Positions 7,778-16,590 of a DNA stretch of 43,061 nucleotides are shown in pieces. Location: positions 1 to 43,061 of IMG/VR virus record IMGVR_UViG_3300037722_000838, one strand, 5' to 3'. The position numbers were made by a program, and so were the translations under genes. Origin of the DNA: a virus. Its lineage: Duplodnaviria > Caudoviricetes. Positions within the stretch are counted from its first letter, which is position 1, and the number at the start of each line of letters is the position of its first letter. Under the pieces are notes generated by a model. It saw nothing but the letters and a program-made list of their open reading frames with translations. It did no database searches and was not told the DNA's origin.

Positions 7778-8703
7778 GCTATCACGGTGTTGAGATCCCC
7801 ACCGAAAGTCGCGACGACTGGCTCGAGAAGCGGCGCAAAGGGATCGGCGCGTCCGACGTCGCCGGCATTCTCGGAGTCTCCCCTTGGTCGTCGCCGTTTT
7901 CCGTCTACGCGGACAAAGTCCACCAGGTCGAGAAAGAGAAAACGGAAGCAATGGGGTGGGGACAGAAGCTCGAGGCCGTGGTTGCTGACGAGTTCGAGGA
8001 GGTCACCGGGCTCTACGTCCATGACCGTCAGATGCTGGTTGCGCACCCTGAGTATCCGTGGGCGACCGCCACGGTCGACGGTCTCGAGTACGAGTCGCAC
8101 ACACCGGAGAGCCGAGCCGACTCCATCGGGCTCTACGAGGGGAAGACCGAAGCGTTGTTCGGGCGGTGGGATGAGATCCCCGACCACTACCAGATCCAGG
8201 TGCAGTGGCAGATGTGGGTGACTGGCCACGACGGCGGTCACCTGGTCTGTCTCCACGGCGGCCGCCAGTTCGAAATCTACGAGATCGAAAGGGACGCCGG
8301 GTTGATCAACCGGATTGTGGATCTTGTCTCCGAGTTCCGGGGGAAGCATCTGACGGGCGGGCTGACCGGGGAGCTACCGCCTCCTCCGGAGGTGGATGAG
8401 CATTTGGCGACCACGCGCGTCATAGCTGACCTTTGGTCGGATCCGGTGGAGGGTGCGGTGGTCGACCTTCCGACTGATGTGGCTTTCGATCTTGGTGTGT
8501 TGCGTGGGGTGAAAACCGAGATTTCCCGGTTGGAGAAGGAGAAGAAGCGGTTGGAGAACCGGGTGAAGGCGGCGTTGGAGGACGCGGAGGTGGGGTTGGT
8601 GTCGGGGGTGCCTGCTGTGACGTGGAAGAAGGTTTACCGGAAGATGTACACGGTGCCGGCCGGGGAGTACAGAAGGCTAAATGTGATCAAGGAGAAGGAA
8701 TGA
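7774..8703 (+). CDS. YqaJ-like viral recombinase / lambda-type exonuclease
   Basis: WLEKRRKGIGASD, WGQKLE, ATVDG, YEGKT, YQIQVQWQM motifs; paired with RecT. Confidence 0.92.
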   Translation: MSYHGVEIPTESRDDWLEKRRKGIGASDVAGILGVSPWSSPFSVYADKVHQVEKEKTEAMGWGQKLEAVVADEFEEVTGLYVHDRQMLVAHPEYPWATATVDGLEYESHTPESRADSIGLYEGKTEALFGRWDEIPDHYQIQVQWQMWVTGHDGGHLVCLHGGRQFEIYEIERDAGLINRIVDLVSEFRGKHLTGGLTGELPPPPEVDEHLATTRVIADLWSDPVEGAVVDLPTDVAFDLGVLRGVKTEISRLEKEKKRLENRVKAALEDAEVGLVSGVPAVTWKKVYRKMYTVPAGEYRRLNVIKEKE

Positions 8704-9170
8704 TGGAAATGAAAACGTGGAAGCACAAGACCAGGCTCCGCCCGATTCCGGCCGGGCCATGGGACGACGAACCGGATAAAGCGCATTGGGTGGACCCCGA
8801 GACCGACCTCGACTGTCTCATCCACCGCAATCCGCTCGGCGCGCTGTGCGGGTATGTGGCCGTCCCGCCAGGCCACCCGTACTACGAGAAGGACTACGAC
8901 GACGTGGACGTTGAGGTTCACGGCGGACTGACCTACGCGGACAAGTGCCGGGAGGGTGCCGACCCGTCCGAAGGGATCTGTCATGTTCCGCTGCCTGGTC
9001 GACCGGAGGACGTGTGGTGGCTCGGGTTCGACTGCGCCCACTTATGGGACCTGACGCCGGGGATGGAGGACCTGGGTGTGACGCTCCCAGACGAGACCTA
9101 CCGGGATTTCGAATACGTCAAAGCCGAGATCGAGCAACTGGCGAAGCAACTGGCGGGAGTGGCGGCATGA
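8700..9170 (+). CDS. Conserved phage protein (HGGLTY/GFDCAH motifs)
   Basis: LCGYV...VHGGLTYA...WWLGFDCAH; function unknown. Confidence 0.75.
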   Translation: MMEMKTWKHKTRLRPIPAGPWDDEPDKAHWVDPETDLDCLIHRNPLGALCGYVAVPPGHPYYEKDYDDVDVEVHGGLTYADKCREGADPSEGICHVPLPGRPEDVWWLGFDCAHLWDLTPGMEDLGVTLPDETYRDFEYVKAEIEQLAKQLAGVAA

Positions 9171-9958
9171 CTGAGGAAGCGAAAAACGCCGAGCTCGCGA
9201 AAAAAATTGAAGGCGGCGGAAAGGCCGACCTAACCCGGGAGGACAAAAAGTATTGGGCGGTGATGCTCGACGCACAGCGAGTCCAGTTCGCCAAGGCGCT
9301 CGAAGGTACAGGGATCAGCGCCGAACATTTCGGACGGGTGGCGCTGACCGCGATCAGGGCGAACAAGATGCTCCAAGAGGCCGACTTCATCTCGTTGATG
9401 GGTGCGATCATGACCGCCGCCCAACTCGGGTTGGAACCCGCAGGCCCGTTGGGTCAGGCGTACCTGGTTCCGTTCAAGAACAGCAAAGAGAAGCGGATCG
9501 ACGTTGAGTTGATCGTCGGCTATCAGGGTTTTGTTGAGCTTGCGTACCGGTCGGGTCGCGTGATGTCGATCATCGCTCACACCGTCCACGACAAGGACTA
9601 TTTCGAGTGGGAGTTGGGCACGAATGAGCGGATCATCCACCGTCCTGCTGAGGGGGACCGGGGTGACGTGATTGGGGCGTATGGGATAGCGAAGCTGGCG
9701 GGTGGTGGTCAGGTGTTCGACTACATGACGAAGGCTGAGATCGAGTTGCGGCGTGCGCGGGCCAAGACCGACAACATTTGGAAGTCGGATTATGAGGCGA
9801 TGTGTCGGAAAACTGCAATCCGTCAGTTGTTCAAGTGGGTGCCCGCCAGTGTTGCGGTGTCGGCGGCGTTGGGTGCTGATTCTCAGTCGTTCCGTGAGAT
9901 CCCGGGGTCGGCTGATGACATCCCCGACGTCATAGATGTTGAGGGAGATGAAGTCTGA
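9167..9958 (+). CDS. recT: RecT-family ssDNA annealing protein
   Basis: AAQLGLEP...GQAYLVPF...VGYQGFVELAYRSG...AMCRKTAIRQL. Confidence 0.92.
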   Translation: MTEEAKNAELAKKIEGGGKADLTREDKKYWAVMLDAQRVQFAKALEGTGISAEHFGRVALTAIRANKMLQEADFISLMGAIMTAAQLGLEPAGPLGQAYLVPFKNSKEKRIDVELIVGYQGFVELAYRSGRVMSIIAHTVHDKDYFEWELGTNERIIHRPAEGDRGDVIGAYGIAKLAGGGQVFDYMTKAEIELRRARAKTDNIWKSDYEAMCRKTAIRQLFKWVPASVAVSAALGADSQSFREIPGSADDIPDVIDVEGDEV

Positions 9959-10133
9959 CCATCGATGCGCATATTGGACCGTCGACTGTGTGAAACCGGC
10001 GTGGCGGTGCCGACCAGAAGAACTCTGCCCCAAAGCCGGGGTGAGGGTCTACCGGGACAAATACACACAAGGTGGCCACCACCACCTCGACAAGAAAGAG
10101 AAGAGCGATGACACAAGAGAACCTGCCCGCTGA
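9948..10133 (+). CDS. Small Cys-rich hypothetical protein
   Basis: Fills the gap between recT and the next gene; SD-like GAGGGAG. Confidence 0.4.
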   Translation: MKSDHRCAYWTVDCVKPAWRCRPEELCPKAGVRVYRDKYTQGGHHHLDKKEKSDDTREPAR

Positions 10134-10413
10134 GGGCATGGAAGAACCCACCAAAACCCACTTGGGGTTCGGCGGGAAAACGATCAACCGGATCCTCGAG
10201 ATCGAGGGGGACGACGAGCTGTACCTGTTGTTGCGCTGCGAGATCGTGTCGGATTCTCGTAAGGAGACGAACGGGAAGATGCGGCATGGGGCTGGGGCGC
10301 GGACGACGATTCTCGCTGAGTTGACTCACGCTGAGGCGGCACAGGTGGCTGACCGGGCGACGTTGGATCTTCCGATCGAGGACGTCGAGGACGACGAGGA
10401 CGACGACGAGTGA
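10108..10413 (+). CDS. Hypothetical protein with acidic C-terminal tail
   Basis: MTQENLPAEG...IEDVEDDEDDDE. Confidence 0.7.
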   Translation: MTQENLPAEGMEEPTKTHLGFGGKTINRILEIEGDDELYLLLRCEIVSDSRKETNGKMRHGAGARTTILAELTHAEAAQVADRATLDLPIEDVEDDEDDDE

Positions 10414-10562
10414 GGTGGCTGATCCTCAAGAACAAGTCGGTCGAGGAGATCACGTTTGATGAGTGGCGCCGGTTCCGGCCGGGCGTGACAAAAGGGTACA
10501 TCCTCGGGGTTCGGGTGCCGGTGAGGTTTGTGAAGTGGTTGGGCCGGAGGTTCTCCAAGTGA
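10410..10562 (+). CDS. 50-aa hypothetical protein (not in ORF track)
   Basis: MRWLILKNKSVEEITFDEWRRFRPGVTKGYILGVRVPVRFVKWLGRRFSK; GTGA-coupled on both sides. Confidence 0.55.
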   Translation: MRWLILKNKSVEEITFDEWRRFRPGVTKGYILGVRVPVRFVKWLGRRFSK

Positions 10563-10729
10563 GCGACTACTCGTGGGACGACAAGTATTGCTATGACGGC
10601 GACCGTCACGACTGGGAGAACCAGGGCGGTCCTGATGGGATGGTCTGCCTGAAATGTGGTGTGTCTGAGGCGGAGCTTGACCACCTGCTGGCCCAGAAAC
10701 GGAGGGCTCAAAGTGACCCTGTCCGTTGA
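10559..10729 (+). CDS. Small Zn-binding hypothetical protein
   Basis: C...HDW...CLKC; GTGA coupling with SD GGAGG. Confidence 0.55.
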   Translation: MSDYSWDDKYCYDGDRHDWENQGGPDGMVCLKCGVSEAELDHLLAQKRRAQSDPVR

Positions 10730-10970
10730 CCGTGGCACGTTCCTGGTGTTGCTCTACGACCACCAGGGCCGGCTGCTCAAAACCCTCCCCGACATTGCTG
10801 GGCTCAACGCTGATGACGCGGTCGACCGGGCGATCCGGAATCACCTCGAGAAAGAGAAAAGGTTGGAGGTGCGGGCGGCTGCGGTGTTCCGTCAGTGGGA
10901 GGCTCAGAGGCGGGTGGTGAACGTGGATGCTGATTATCGGATCAGCCCGTTCGAGGAGGCGGTGAGCTAA
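10713..10970 (+). CDS. Hypothetical protein
   Basis: SD GGAGG before GTG 10713. Confidence 0.6.
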   Translation: MTLSVDRGTFLVLLYDHQGRLLKTLPDIAGLNADDAVDRAIRNHLEKEKRLEVRAAAVFRQWEAQRRVVNVDADYRISPFEEAVS

Positions 10971-11164
10971 TGGATTATTCACCGAGACATCTGTCTGACC
11001 CGCAGTCGTTCACACCTGACGAGGACGAGTGGTTCCACGCCCGCTGCACTTGTGGGTACGCAACCGAAGCCGCTTTCCCTGACCTCGAAACTGTGGTCGA
11101 TGAACTCATGGCCCACGCCGCGAGGATGGCGTGGCGACCTGATGACGGAGGCGAGGAAGGATGA
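10970..11164 (+). CDS. Small Zn-finger-like hypothetical protein
   Basis: ARCTCGY...MAH; TAATG coupling. Confidence 0.6.
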   Translation: MDYSPRHLSDPQSFTPDEDEWFHARCTCGYATEAAFPDLETVVDELMAHAARMAWRPDDGGEEG

Positions 11165-11400
11165 GAGAGAAACCGCCCGCCGTCACCATGGACTCCACCC
11201 AACCCGAACCCGGCAGCCTCGAAGACAAATACATGAAACTCCTCGCCGAATGCCTCGCCGGGATCGGCTACGTCCACCGCAAAAAACTGAGACGGAAACG
11301 GGGTCACTGGTATCGGATGACCGTGACCTATCAGTGGGCGGCTGAGGGTGTGATCGACGTGGAACTGTTGACGGTGCGTGAGATCAAGGATCCGAGATGA
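11161..11400 (+). CDS. Hypothetical protein
   Basis: ATGA coupling and SD. Confidence 0.6.
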   Translation: MREKPPAVTMDSTQPEPGSLEDKYMKLLAECLAGIGYVHRKKLRRKRGHWYRMTVTYQWAAEGVIDVELLTVREIKDPR

Positions 11401-11642
11401 TCGACAAGTACCTGCTCCACAAGTACCGCGACGTCCAAGCCGACGGCCGGACCATCACCCAGATCCGTGACGAGATCCACGAGGCTTTGCTGTCTGGGTC
11501 GAAACCGGGAGATCTGCGTGTGTTGGCGGGGAGTCTGTCTGAGCCGCTGTACGAGCAGATTGTGATTGCTGGGGAGCCGGTGGATGTGGTTATCGAACGG
11601 TTGGCGCCTGGTGACCGGGTGTGCGGAGTGCTGGTGGTTTAG
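11397..11642 (+). CDS. Hypothetical protein
   Basis: ATGA coupling. Confidence 0.6.
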   Translation: MIDKYLLHKYRDVQADGRTITQIRDEIHEALLSGSKPGDLRVLAGSLSEPLYEQIVIAGEPVDVVIERLAPGDRVCGVLVV

Positions 11643-12029
11643 ATGGAACGCTTTTGGTCGAAGGTCGATGCGTCGGGCGACTGTTGGGAGTGGACTGGTT
11701 GCGTCTTGCAGAACGGCTATGGACAGTTCTCAGATGAGGGGCGCCGGGTATTCGCTCATCGCTTTGTGTGGGAGCTGCTGGTCGGGCCGATCCCCGAGGG
11801 TCTGACCATCGACCACTTGTGCCGCAACAAGATCTGCGTGAATCCGGACCACTTGGAGCCGACGAGCATGAGGGTCAATGTGCTCCGCGGCGAAGGACCG
11901 ACAGCACGGAATGCCCGTAAGACTATTTGCAAACGCGGGCATGCTTTACGCGGATCCAACCTATATGTTCCGGCGTCAGGAACGCGGCAATGTCGTGCAT
12001 GTCGGCGAATCCGAAAGGTCTCACGATGA
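11643..12029 (+). CDS. HNH homing endonuclease with C-terminal Zn-binding DNA-binding domain
   Basis: RFWSKV...CWEWTG...GYG...AHR...IDHLCRNKICVNPDHLE...N, then CKRGH...CRAC. Confidence 0.9.
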   Translation: MERFWSKVDASGDCWEWTGCVLQNGYGQFSDEGRRVFAHRFVWELLVGPIPEGLTIDHLCRNKICVNPDHLEPTSMRVNVLRGEGPTARNARKTICKRGHALRGSNLYVPASGTRQCRACRRIRKVSR

Positions 12030-12199
12030 CTGACCTGACCGAGAAGATCCTCGCGTTGAAGATCGAGCATTCCCCGGAGTGGTACGCGGAGATGCGTAAG
12101 GGTTTGGCTGAGGCTGTGGAGCTGGCCCGAGAGCGGGACCGGGAGCGGGGTCGTCATGTGTTGGATGGGGACCGCGAGTCGAGGACGGTGCCGCGATGA
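12026..12199 (+). CDS. 57-aa hypothetical protein
   Basis: MTDLTEKILALK...; ATGA coupling on both sides. Confidence 0.55.
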   Translation: MTDLTEKILALKIEHSPEWYAEMRKGLAEAVELARERDRERGRHVLDGDRESRTVPR

Positions 12200-12576
12200 C
12201 CGACCTGCTCGAGAAGGATTTCACGGACAACGTCGTCCAGTTGGCGAAAACCCTGGGGTGGCGGGTCGCGCATTTCCGTCCTGCTCGGACGAAGCATGGT
12301 TGGGCGACTCCCATGCAAGGTGATAAGGGGTTCCCTGACCTGGTGCTGGCGAAGCAGGGTCGGGTGGTTTTCGCTGAACTTAAGTCACGGACGGGGAAGC
12401 CCACGGTCGAACAGCGGGATTGGTTGGGTGCCCTGAGCCGCACCGACCCCGAGTCGTGGAAGTCAGCGTTGACCGGGGCGACGTCGGGACATAACGGGCC
12501 GATGAGTTTCGAGGTGTACGTGTGGCGCCCTGACGACATCGATCAGATCGGAAAGGTGCTCGGACCAAATGAGTAG
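12196..12576 (+). CDS. VRR-NUC domain nuclease (PD-(D/E)xK), likely resolvase
   Basis: EKDF...GFPDLVL...FAELKS.TGK.T.EQ..W. Confidence 0.88.
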   Translation: MTDLLEKDFTDNVVQLAKTLGWRVAHFRPARTKHGWATPMQGDKGFPDLVLAKQGRVVFAELKSRTGKPTVEQRDWLGALSRTDPESWKSALTGATSGHNGPMSFEVYVWRPDDIDQIGKVLGPNE

Positions 12577-12889
12577 GCATGGAACACGATTCCCTTACTG
12601 GCTGGTGGAGCGGTGGTTCTGCTGGTTCTGTTGGGGCATGTCCCGCTACCGACCACCGGACGGCGAAGAACCACTCGCCTCAGTACGAGGCTCATTCAGG
12701 TCAGCCGTTGCTTGTGCCCGGGCGCTTCGGAACCCGCGCTACCGCTGCCGGTCTTGCAAGTGGAGCCACCACGGAAGCTTCTTTGCTTTGGAGCACGCCC
12801 AACTGAAAGATCATTGGGTTGAGGACACCGAGGCGAAGCCGGGGAAACCTCGATATGTGACACATGGGAGATTCGGATCAAATGCCTGA
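12569..12889 (+). CDS. Hypothetical protein with C2H2-like motif
   Basis: YRCRSCKW...EHAQLKDH; operon position. Confidence 0.55.
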   Translation: MSRHGTRFPYWLVERWFCWFCWGMSRYRPPDGEEPLASVRGSFRSAVACARALRNPRYRCRSCKWSHHGSFFALEHAQLKDHWVEDTEAKPGKPRYVTHGRFGSNA

Positions 12890-13151
12890 AACCCCCGACT
12901 ACGAAATCAACATCGGCGACGACGGCACCATCGAGGCGGTCACACCCGACGGCGAATACCAGGTCGAATTCTTCACCACTCCCCCATTCGTGGTCACCGG
13001 GTTCGACGCCGGGCTCATCCAAGTCGACGGCGACCGGGCCTACGTGGTCAGTTTCTCGGTGATGGGCCAGGACGAAAAGGTGGTGGTCGCGATGAACCAG
13101 GAGACGGTCGAGAAGTTGGTCGGTGGATTGATCGACACGGTGGAGAGCTGA
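12882..13151 (+). CDS. Acidic hypothetical protein
   Basis: MPETPDYEINIG...; SD GGGAG. Confidence 0.65.
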   Translation: MPETPDYEINIGDDGTIEAVTPDGEYQVEFFTTPPFVVTGFDAGLIQVDGDRAYVVSFSVMGQDEKVVVAMNQETVEKLVGGLIDTVES

Positions 13152-13160
13152 GGTCAACGA

Positions 13161-14486
13161 GTGTCATGGGAAGGCAAAACCACTCCGGGAGGGTGGGAGT
13201 ACAAGAACGGGGACGGGAGGATCGTCCTCGATTTTGTGCGCCCGACCTCAAGGGGTCTCGAGGTGTGGGTGGAGCTTTGGCAGGGTGACGACGAGATCCC
13301 GGTGGTCCAGGGCCAGCAGAACATCATGTCGCCCCGGGCCGCGCAACCTTTCGTCGAGGGGGCGAAGGCCAAGAAGGGTGATTGGGCGGAAGGGCTGCGG
13401 GTGGCGTTCCACCAGTTGCTCCTCGAGCATCGCGACCCGTCCGAAACGGTGGACCTGACCACGGTCGAACCGACCGGCCTCGAATGGGTGGTCGAACCTC
13501 TCATCGAGAAAGGCGGGAACACCCGGCTGATCGCTGCGGGCGGGTCGGGCAAGAGCATCATGGCGATGGCGGTGGCGTTGACCGTGGCCACCGGCAACCG
13601 CAAGTTCTTAGGGTTGGATGCTGCGGTGACCGGGCCGGTCCTCTACTTGGATTGGGAAACCAACGCGGGGACTCACGCCCAGCGGGTCACCGCGTTGTGT
13701 GCTCCGCTCGACGTTCCGAAACCGGGACACGACCAGCTCCTCTACCAGTACCATGCCGCCCCGTTGGCTCGGGCTGCTCAGTCGGTGAGGAGGACGTGTG
13801 AGAAGTTCGATGTGGTGATGGTGGTGGTCGACTCGTCGAAGATGGCTGCGGGCCCGTCCGGTCAGAGTTCGGGTGAGGATTCGACTCTCGGGTTGTACAC
13901 GGCGTTACGTGAGATTGCCCGGCCTGCTCTGGTGATCGACCACAAGACGAAAGAGGATGTGGCGAAGGGGAAGAAGGGCGGGTACGGGTCGATCTATTTG
14001 CAGAACCTGGCTCGGATGGAGTGGGAGATGACCAGGTATTCGAGGGTGTCGAAGAACAAGCGGACGTTCGTCCTGTCGTTGGAGAAGGAGAACAATGTGG
14101 GGGACCTGCCGCCGATCGGGTTCGAGATGTGGACCGACGGCGGGAAGACCGGGATCAGTGACGCCCGGTTTTCTCGGGTGAGCCCTGACAGTGTTGCGGA
14201 TCCGTCGGAGAACAACATGGTGGAGCGGATCGCGACGGTGATGATGGGGTCGAATGAGCCGTTGGAGATCAAGAAGATCGCGGACATGTTGGGTGCTGTG
14301 GAGAGTTCGGTGCGGGCTTGTCTGAACAGCAACAAGAACGTTTTTGAGAATGTGGGGAAGCAGGGTCGGAAGGGGTTGTGGAAGTTGATGGATGATTACG
14401 GGACGGATGACGGGTTTCAACCTCCGCTTGAGGTTGAGCCTCCGCCTGGTGTGCCGGATGATGGTTGGGAAGGGGAAGTGTTTTGA
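13161..14486 (+). CDS. RecA-fold AAA ATPase / replicative helicase (RepA/DnaB-like) with C-terminal wHTH
   Basis: Walker A AAGGSGKS, VLYLDWE, Walker B VVVDS, LVIDH; C-terminal helix-turn-helix (IKKIADMLGAVESSVRACL). Confidence 0.85.
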   Translation: MSWEGKTTPGGWEYKNGDGRIVLDFVRPTSRGLEVWVELWQGDDEIPVVQGQQNIMSPRAAQPFVEGAKAKKGDWAEGLRVAFHQLLLEHRDPSETVDLTTVEPTGLEWVVEPLIEKGGNTRLIAAGGSGKSIMAMAVALTVATGNRKFLGLDAAVTGPVLYLDWETNAGTHAQRVTALCAPLDVPKPGHDQLLYQYHAAPLARAAQSVRRTCEKFDVVMVVVDSSKMAAGPSGQSSGEDSTLGLYTALREIARPALVIDHKTKEDVAKGKKGGYGSIYLQNLARMEWEMTRYSRVSKNKRTFVLSLEKENNVGDLPPIGFEMWTDGGKTGISDARFSRVSPDSVADPSENNMVERIATVMMGSNEPLEIKKIADMLGAVESSVRACLNSNKNVFENVGKQGRKGLWKLMDDYGTDDGFQPPLEVEPPPGVPDDGWEGEVF

Positions 14487-14692
14487 GCCAGACGTTTCTG
14501 ATAAAGCGTGGACGAAGGGCGCTCTACCGGCAAGCCCGAGCGCACCTGGGGAGGTTCAATCACAGGGGCGAACTGGTTGGGGCTATGTGCGGGCGGTCAG
14601 GGTTCGACTTTTCGAGCAACGTGCCTTGGGGATTGCGTACATGTAAGGACTGCATCAGTGCCGAACACAGGGAGGACGAAGACCCGTCCTAG
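14483..14692 (+). CDS. Small Zn-binding protein (H...CG...CKDC)
   Basis: TTGA coupling to the helicase stop; last early gene. Confidence 0.55.
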   Translation: MSQTFLIKRGRRALYRQARAHLGRFNHRGELVGAMCGRSGFDFSSNVPWGLRTCKDCISAEHREDEDPS

Positions 14693-14904
14693 TGCGAGAA
14701 CGGTGACTGGTGGATCGGGTCCACCATCTGACGGGTATACCCAGCAGCCACCGCCGAACTAACCGGAGCAGCAACCGCCAACCACAACGGCACCGCATCC
14801 CCCATCCCCACCAGCGCAGCAACCCACGCACCGAGGCCCACCGCGACTATTCCAACAGACGCGGCGGGCTCCCCCAGGATCAGGTCTTTGACAAATTTGA
14901 GCAT
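14689..14904 (-). CDS. Holin-like membrane protein
   Basis: Two TM segments; GEP...TRQMVDP pattern typical of actinophage holins; directly after the endolysin. Confidence 0.7.
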   Translation of the reverse strand: MLKFVKDLILGEPAASVGIVAVGLGAWVAALVGMGDAVPLWLAVAAPVSSAVAAGYTRQMVDPIHQSPFSH

Positions 14905-14981
14905 GGTCGTATGTCCTTCCGGTAGCAGCTCCGCTCTGCCAAACAAGATTCTAAGGAAGGCGCCGCGACGCACCACGGCAA

Positions 14982-15710
14982 TCAGTCGGCCAGCCGCTCC
15001 GAGAACTCGTCGGCGATCTCCGCAGCCACTTCGGCTTTGACCTTCTCGGCGATCTGAGCGCCCAACGCAGCAATGTCCTCAGCCGACAGGGACACTTCGG
15101 GGGATTCGGCGGCGACCTGTTCGATGAGCTGGCGGGAGACAGCGGCGTCCACACGAGCCCGGTAGGCGTCACCTCTCGCTCCAGCGAGGAGCGCCTGTGC
15201 GCCCCGCTGGTTGCCGGTGACAGGGTCGGTGACCAGCCTGTACCAGATGGCGTCGATGTCGTCGTTGGTTAGTGGCATGTTTTCTCCTAGGTCCCATTCG
15301 TGGGTTTGGTCTGCGATCGTTGTGGCGACAACTGAGAGGTGGCCGTGGTTGATGTGGCCGTTGACTCCGGTGTACTCCCGCCACTCCCACGCCGGGCCTT
15401 TGCTGTTGGAGTAGGAGGCGAACATCCGCTCGTCGTGGATGAAGTATTTGAGGCGGGGATCTTTGGATGCGCGGAGGGCTTCGCCGATCGCGTCAACAAA
15501 CCCGGGCTCATGTTCGAAGAAGTCGAGCGCCCGGACGATCCCGTCGTCGTCGCGATTGTGGTCGGAGGTCCGATTGGAATGCTCGAGGTCGCCGAGTGTG
15601 CCGTCCACCGTGTACGAGTTGGTGTGGCCGCGGGCTTCCATGATCTGGTCGCCGAACGTTTCGATCGACCCGGCGACTCGCCACCCGTTGCCCGAGTACC
15701 TAAACGGCAT
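14982..15710 (-). CDS. Endolysin, Zn-peptidase (M15/Hedgehog-like) type
   Basis: DGTLGD..H....SDHN...VRALD...KYFI...YTGVNGHINHGHLS metal-ligand pattern; located in the lysis cluster. Confidence 0.8.
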   Translation of the reverse strand: MPFRYSGNGWRVAGSIETFGDQIMEARGHTNSYTVDGTLGDLEHSNRTSDHNRDDDGIVRALDFFEHEPGFVDAIGEALRASKDPRLKYFIHDERMFASYSNSKGPAWEWREYTGVNGHINHGHLSVVATTIADQTHEWDLGENMPLTNDDIDAIWYRLVTDPVTGNQRGAQALLAGARGDAYRARVDAAVSRQLIEQVAAESPEVSLSAEDIAALGAQIAEKVKAEVAAEIADEFSERLAD

Positions 15711-15978
15711 CGCTTCGACTCCCGGTGGCGTGCGCGGCGATATGGTCGTCGACTCTCTGGGCGATCCCCTCGAGAGCTTCGGGAAGGTTGTCCCAGCCGT
15801 TGGGCCACAGCGTGCCGGGATCTTCGATCCGGCTGTACCGGATCAGCCCGGTTTCCAACAGGACGTCTCTGGTGATCGCTTTCAACCAGCGGGTGATCCG
15901 TCCACCGAGGGTCAGCAGTCCGAGCAGGACAGCGATAACCGAGGCGGCGACACCGATGAGTAGGGAGAAGAAATCCAT
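15700..15978 (-). CDS. Membrane protein of the lysis cluster
   Basis: N-terminal TM followed by a short coiled coil. Confidence 0.7.
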   Translation of the reverse strand: MDFFSLLIGVAASVIAVLLGLLTLGGRITRWLKAITRDVLLETGLIRYSRIEDPGTLWPNGWDNLPEALEGIAQRVDDHIAAHATGSRSDAV

Positions 15979-16200
15979 TTAGACCGCTCCGCTTTTGATC
16001 CGCTGGTTCAGTAGTTCCGACGGCCGGTTTTCGGTCGCTCCGTACCCGGCGAGGAACACGAACCACAGCATGTTCCAAGCAACGTCGACCGGGTGGAGCG
16101 AAACCTCATAAACCTGGTAGACCACGGTCACCCCGAAGGCGTAGATGGTGCCGGCGAGGAACACTCCGGTCATCTTCGAGGTCGGGAGCCAACGTTGCAT
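15979..16200 (-). CDS. Two-TM membrane protein (possible second holin)
   Basis: PTSK...TM...TM...AGYGATE. Confidence 0.65.
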   Translation of the reverse strand: MQRWLPTSKMTGVFLAGTIYAFGVTVVYQVYEVSLHPVDVAWNMLWFVFLAGYGATENRPSELLNQRIKSGAV

Positions 16201-16212
16201 CAGAGACTCAGG

Positions 16213-16470
16213 CTAACCCTGATCCTTGTCAGTTTCTGGTTTGACAACCTGGATCGTCCAGTCGCCTTCTTCGGTTTGGTGGAGGGTGACGTTGTGTCCG
16301 GCGGCGTTGTCCCACGCTTGAGCGGTGATTGTTTTGGATCTGGTTCTGCCGAGGATGGCGGTGAGTGCTCGGGCGTAGACGGCTTCGAGTTGTTCGACCC
16401 GGTTTTGGAGTGCTCGTTTTTCTACGGTGAGTTGTTCGTTGTGTTCACGGACTGTCATTTCGTCGGCCAT
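16213..16470 (-). CDS. Coiled-coil hypothetical protein
   Basis: SD GGGAGGT before ATG 16470 (MADEMTVREHNEQL). Confidence 0.7.
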   Translation of the reverse strand: MADEMTVREHNEQLTVEKRALQNRVEQLEAVYARALTAILGRTRSKTITAQAWDNAAGHNVTLHQTEEGDWTIQVVKPETDKDQG

Positions 16471-16484
16471 TTGGGTTACCTCCC

Positions 16485-16493
16485 TGGTAATGT
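16485..16493 (+). promoter_or_regulatory. Extended -10 promoter for the antisense cassette
   Basis: TGGTAATGT (TGnTAnnnT) just upstream of the structured leader. Confidence 0.55.
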
Positions 16494-16496
16494 CAG

Positions 16497-16590
16497 GTGC
16501 CGGGATAGACCGACGGGTCGAAAAGGTGGTGGTTCCGTCCCCGCCCTGCCCGGCACAACCAAAGGACGGAGCATCTGACGGAGGTGCAAT
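16497..16590 (+). ncRNA. Structured cis-regulatory RNA leader (three-way junction plus RBS hairpin)
   Basis: P1 GTGCCGGG/CCCGGCAC; P2 GACC-gacg-GGTC; P3 GGTGGTGG/CCCCGCC; TCCGTC(C) complementary to GGACGGA (16564) and GACGGA (16577); SD within the GCATCT/AGGTGC stem. Confidence 0.6.

Noticed and set aside
13073-13087. CGAAAAGGTGGTGGT shared with the RNA leader at 16519-16533
   Set aside because: Lies in coding sequence (EKVV), same orientation, no flanking structure; probably chance.
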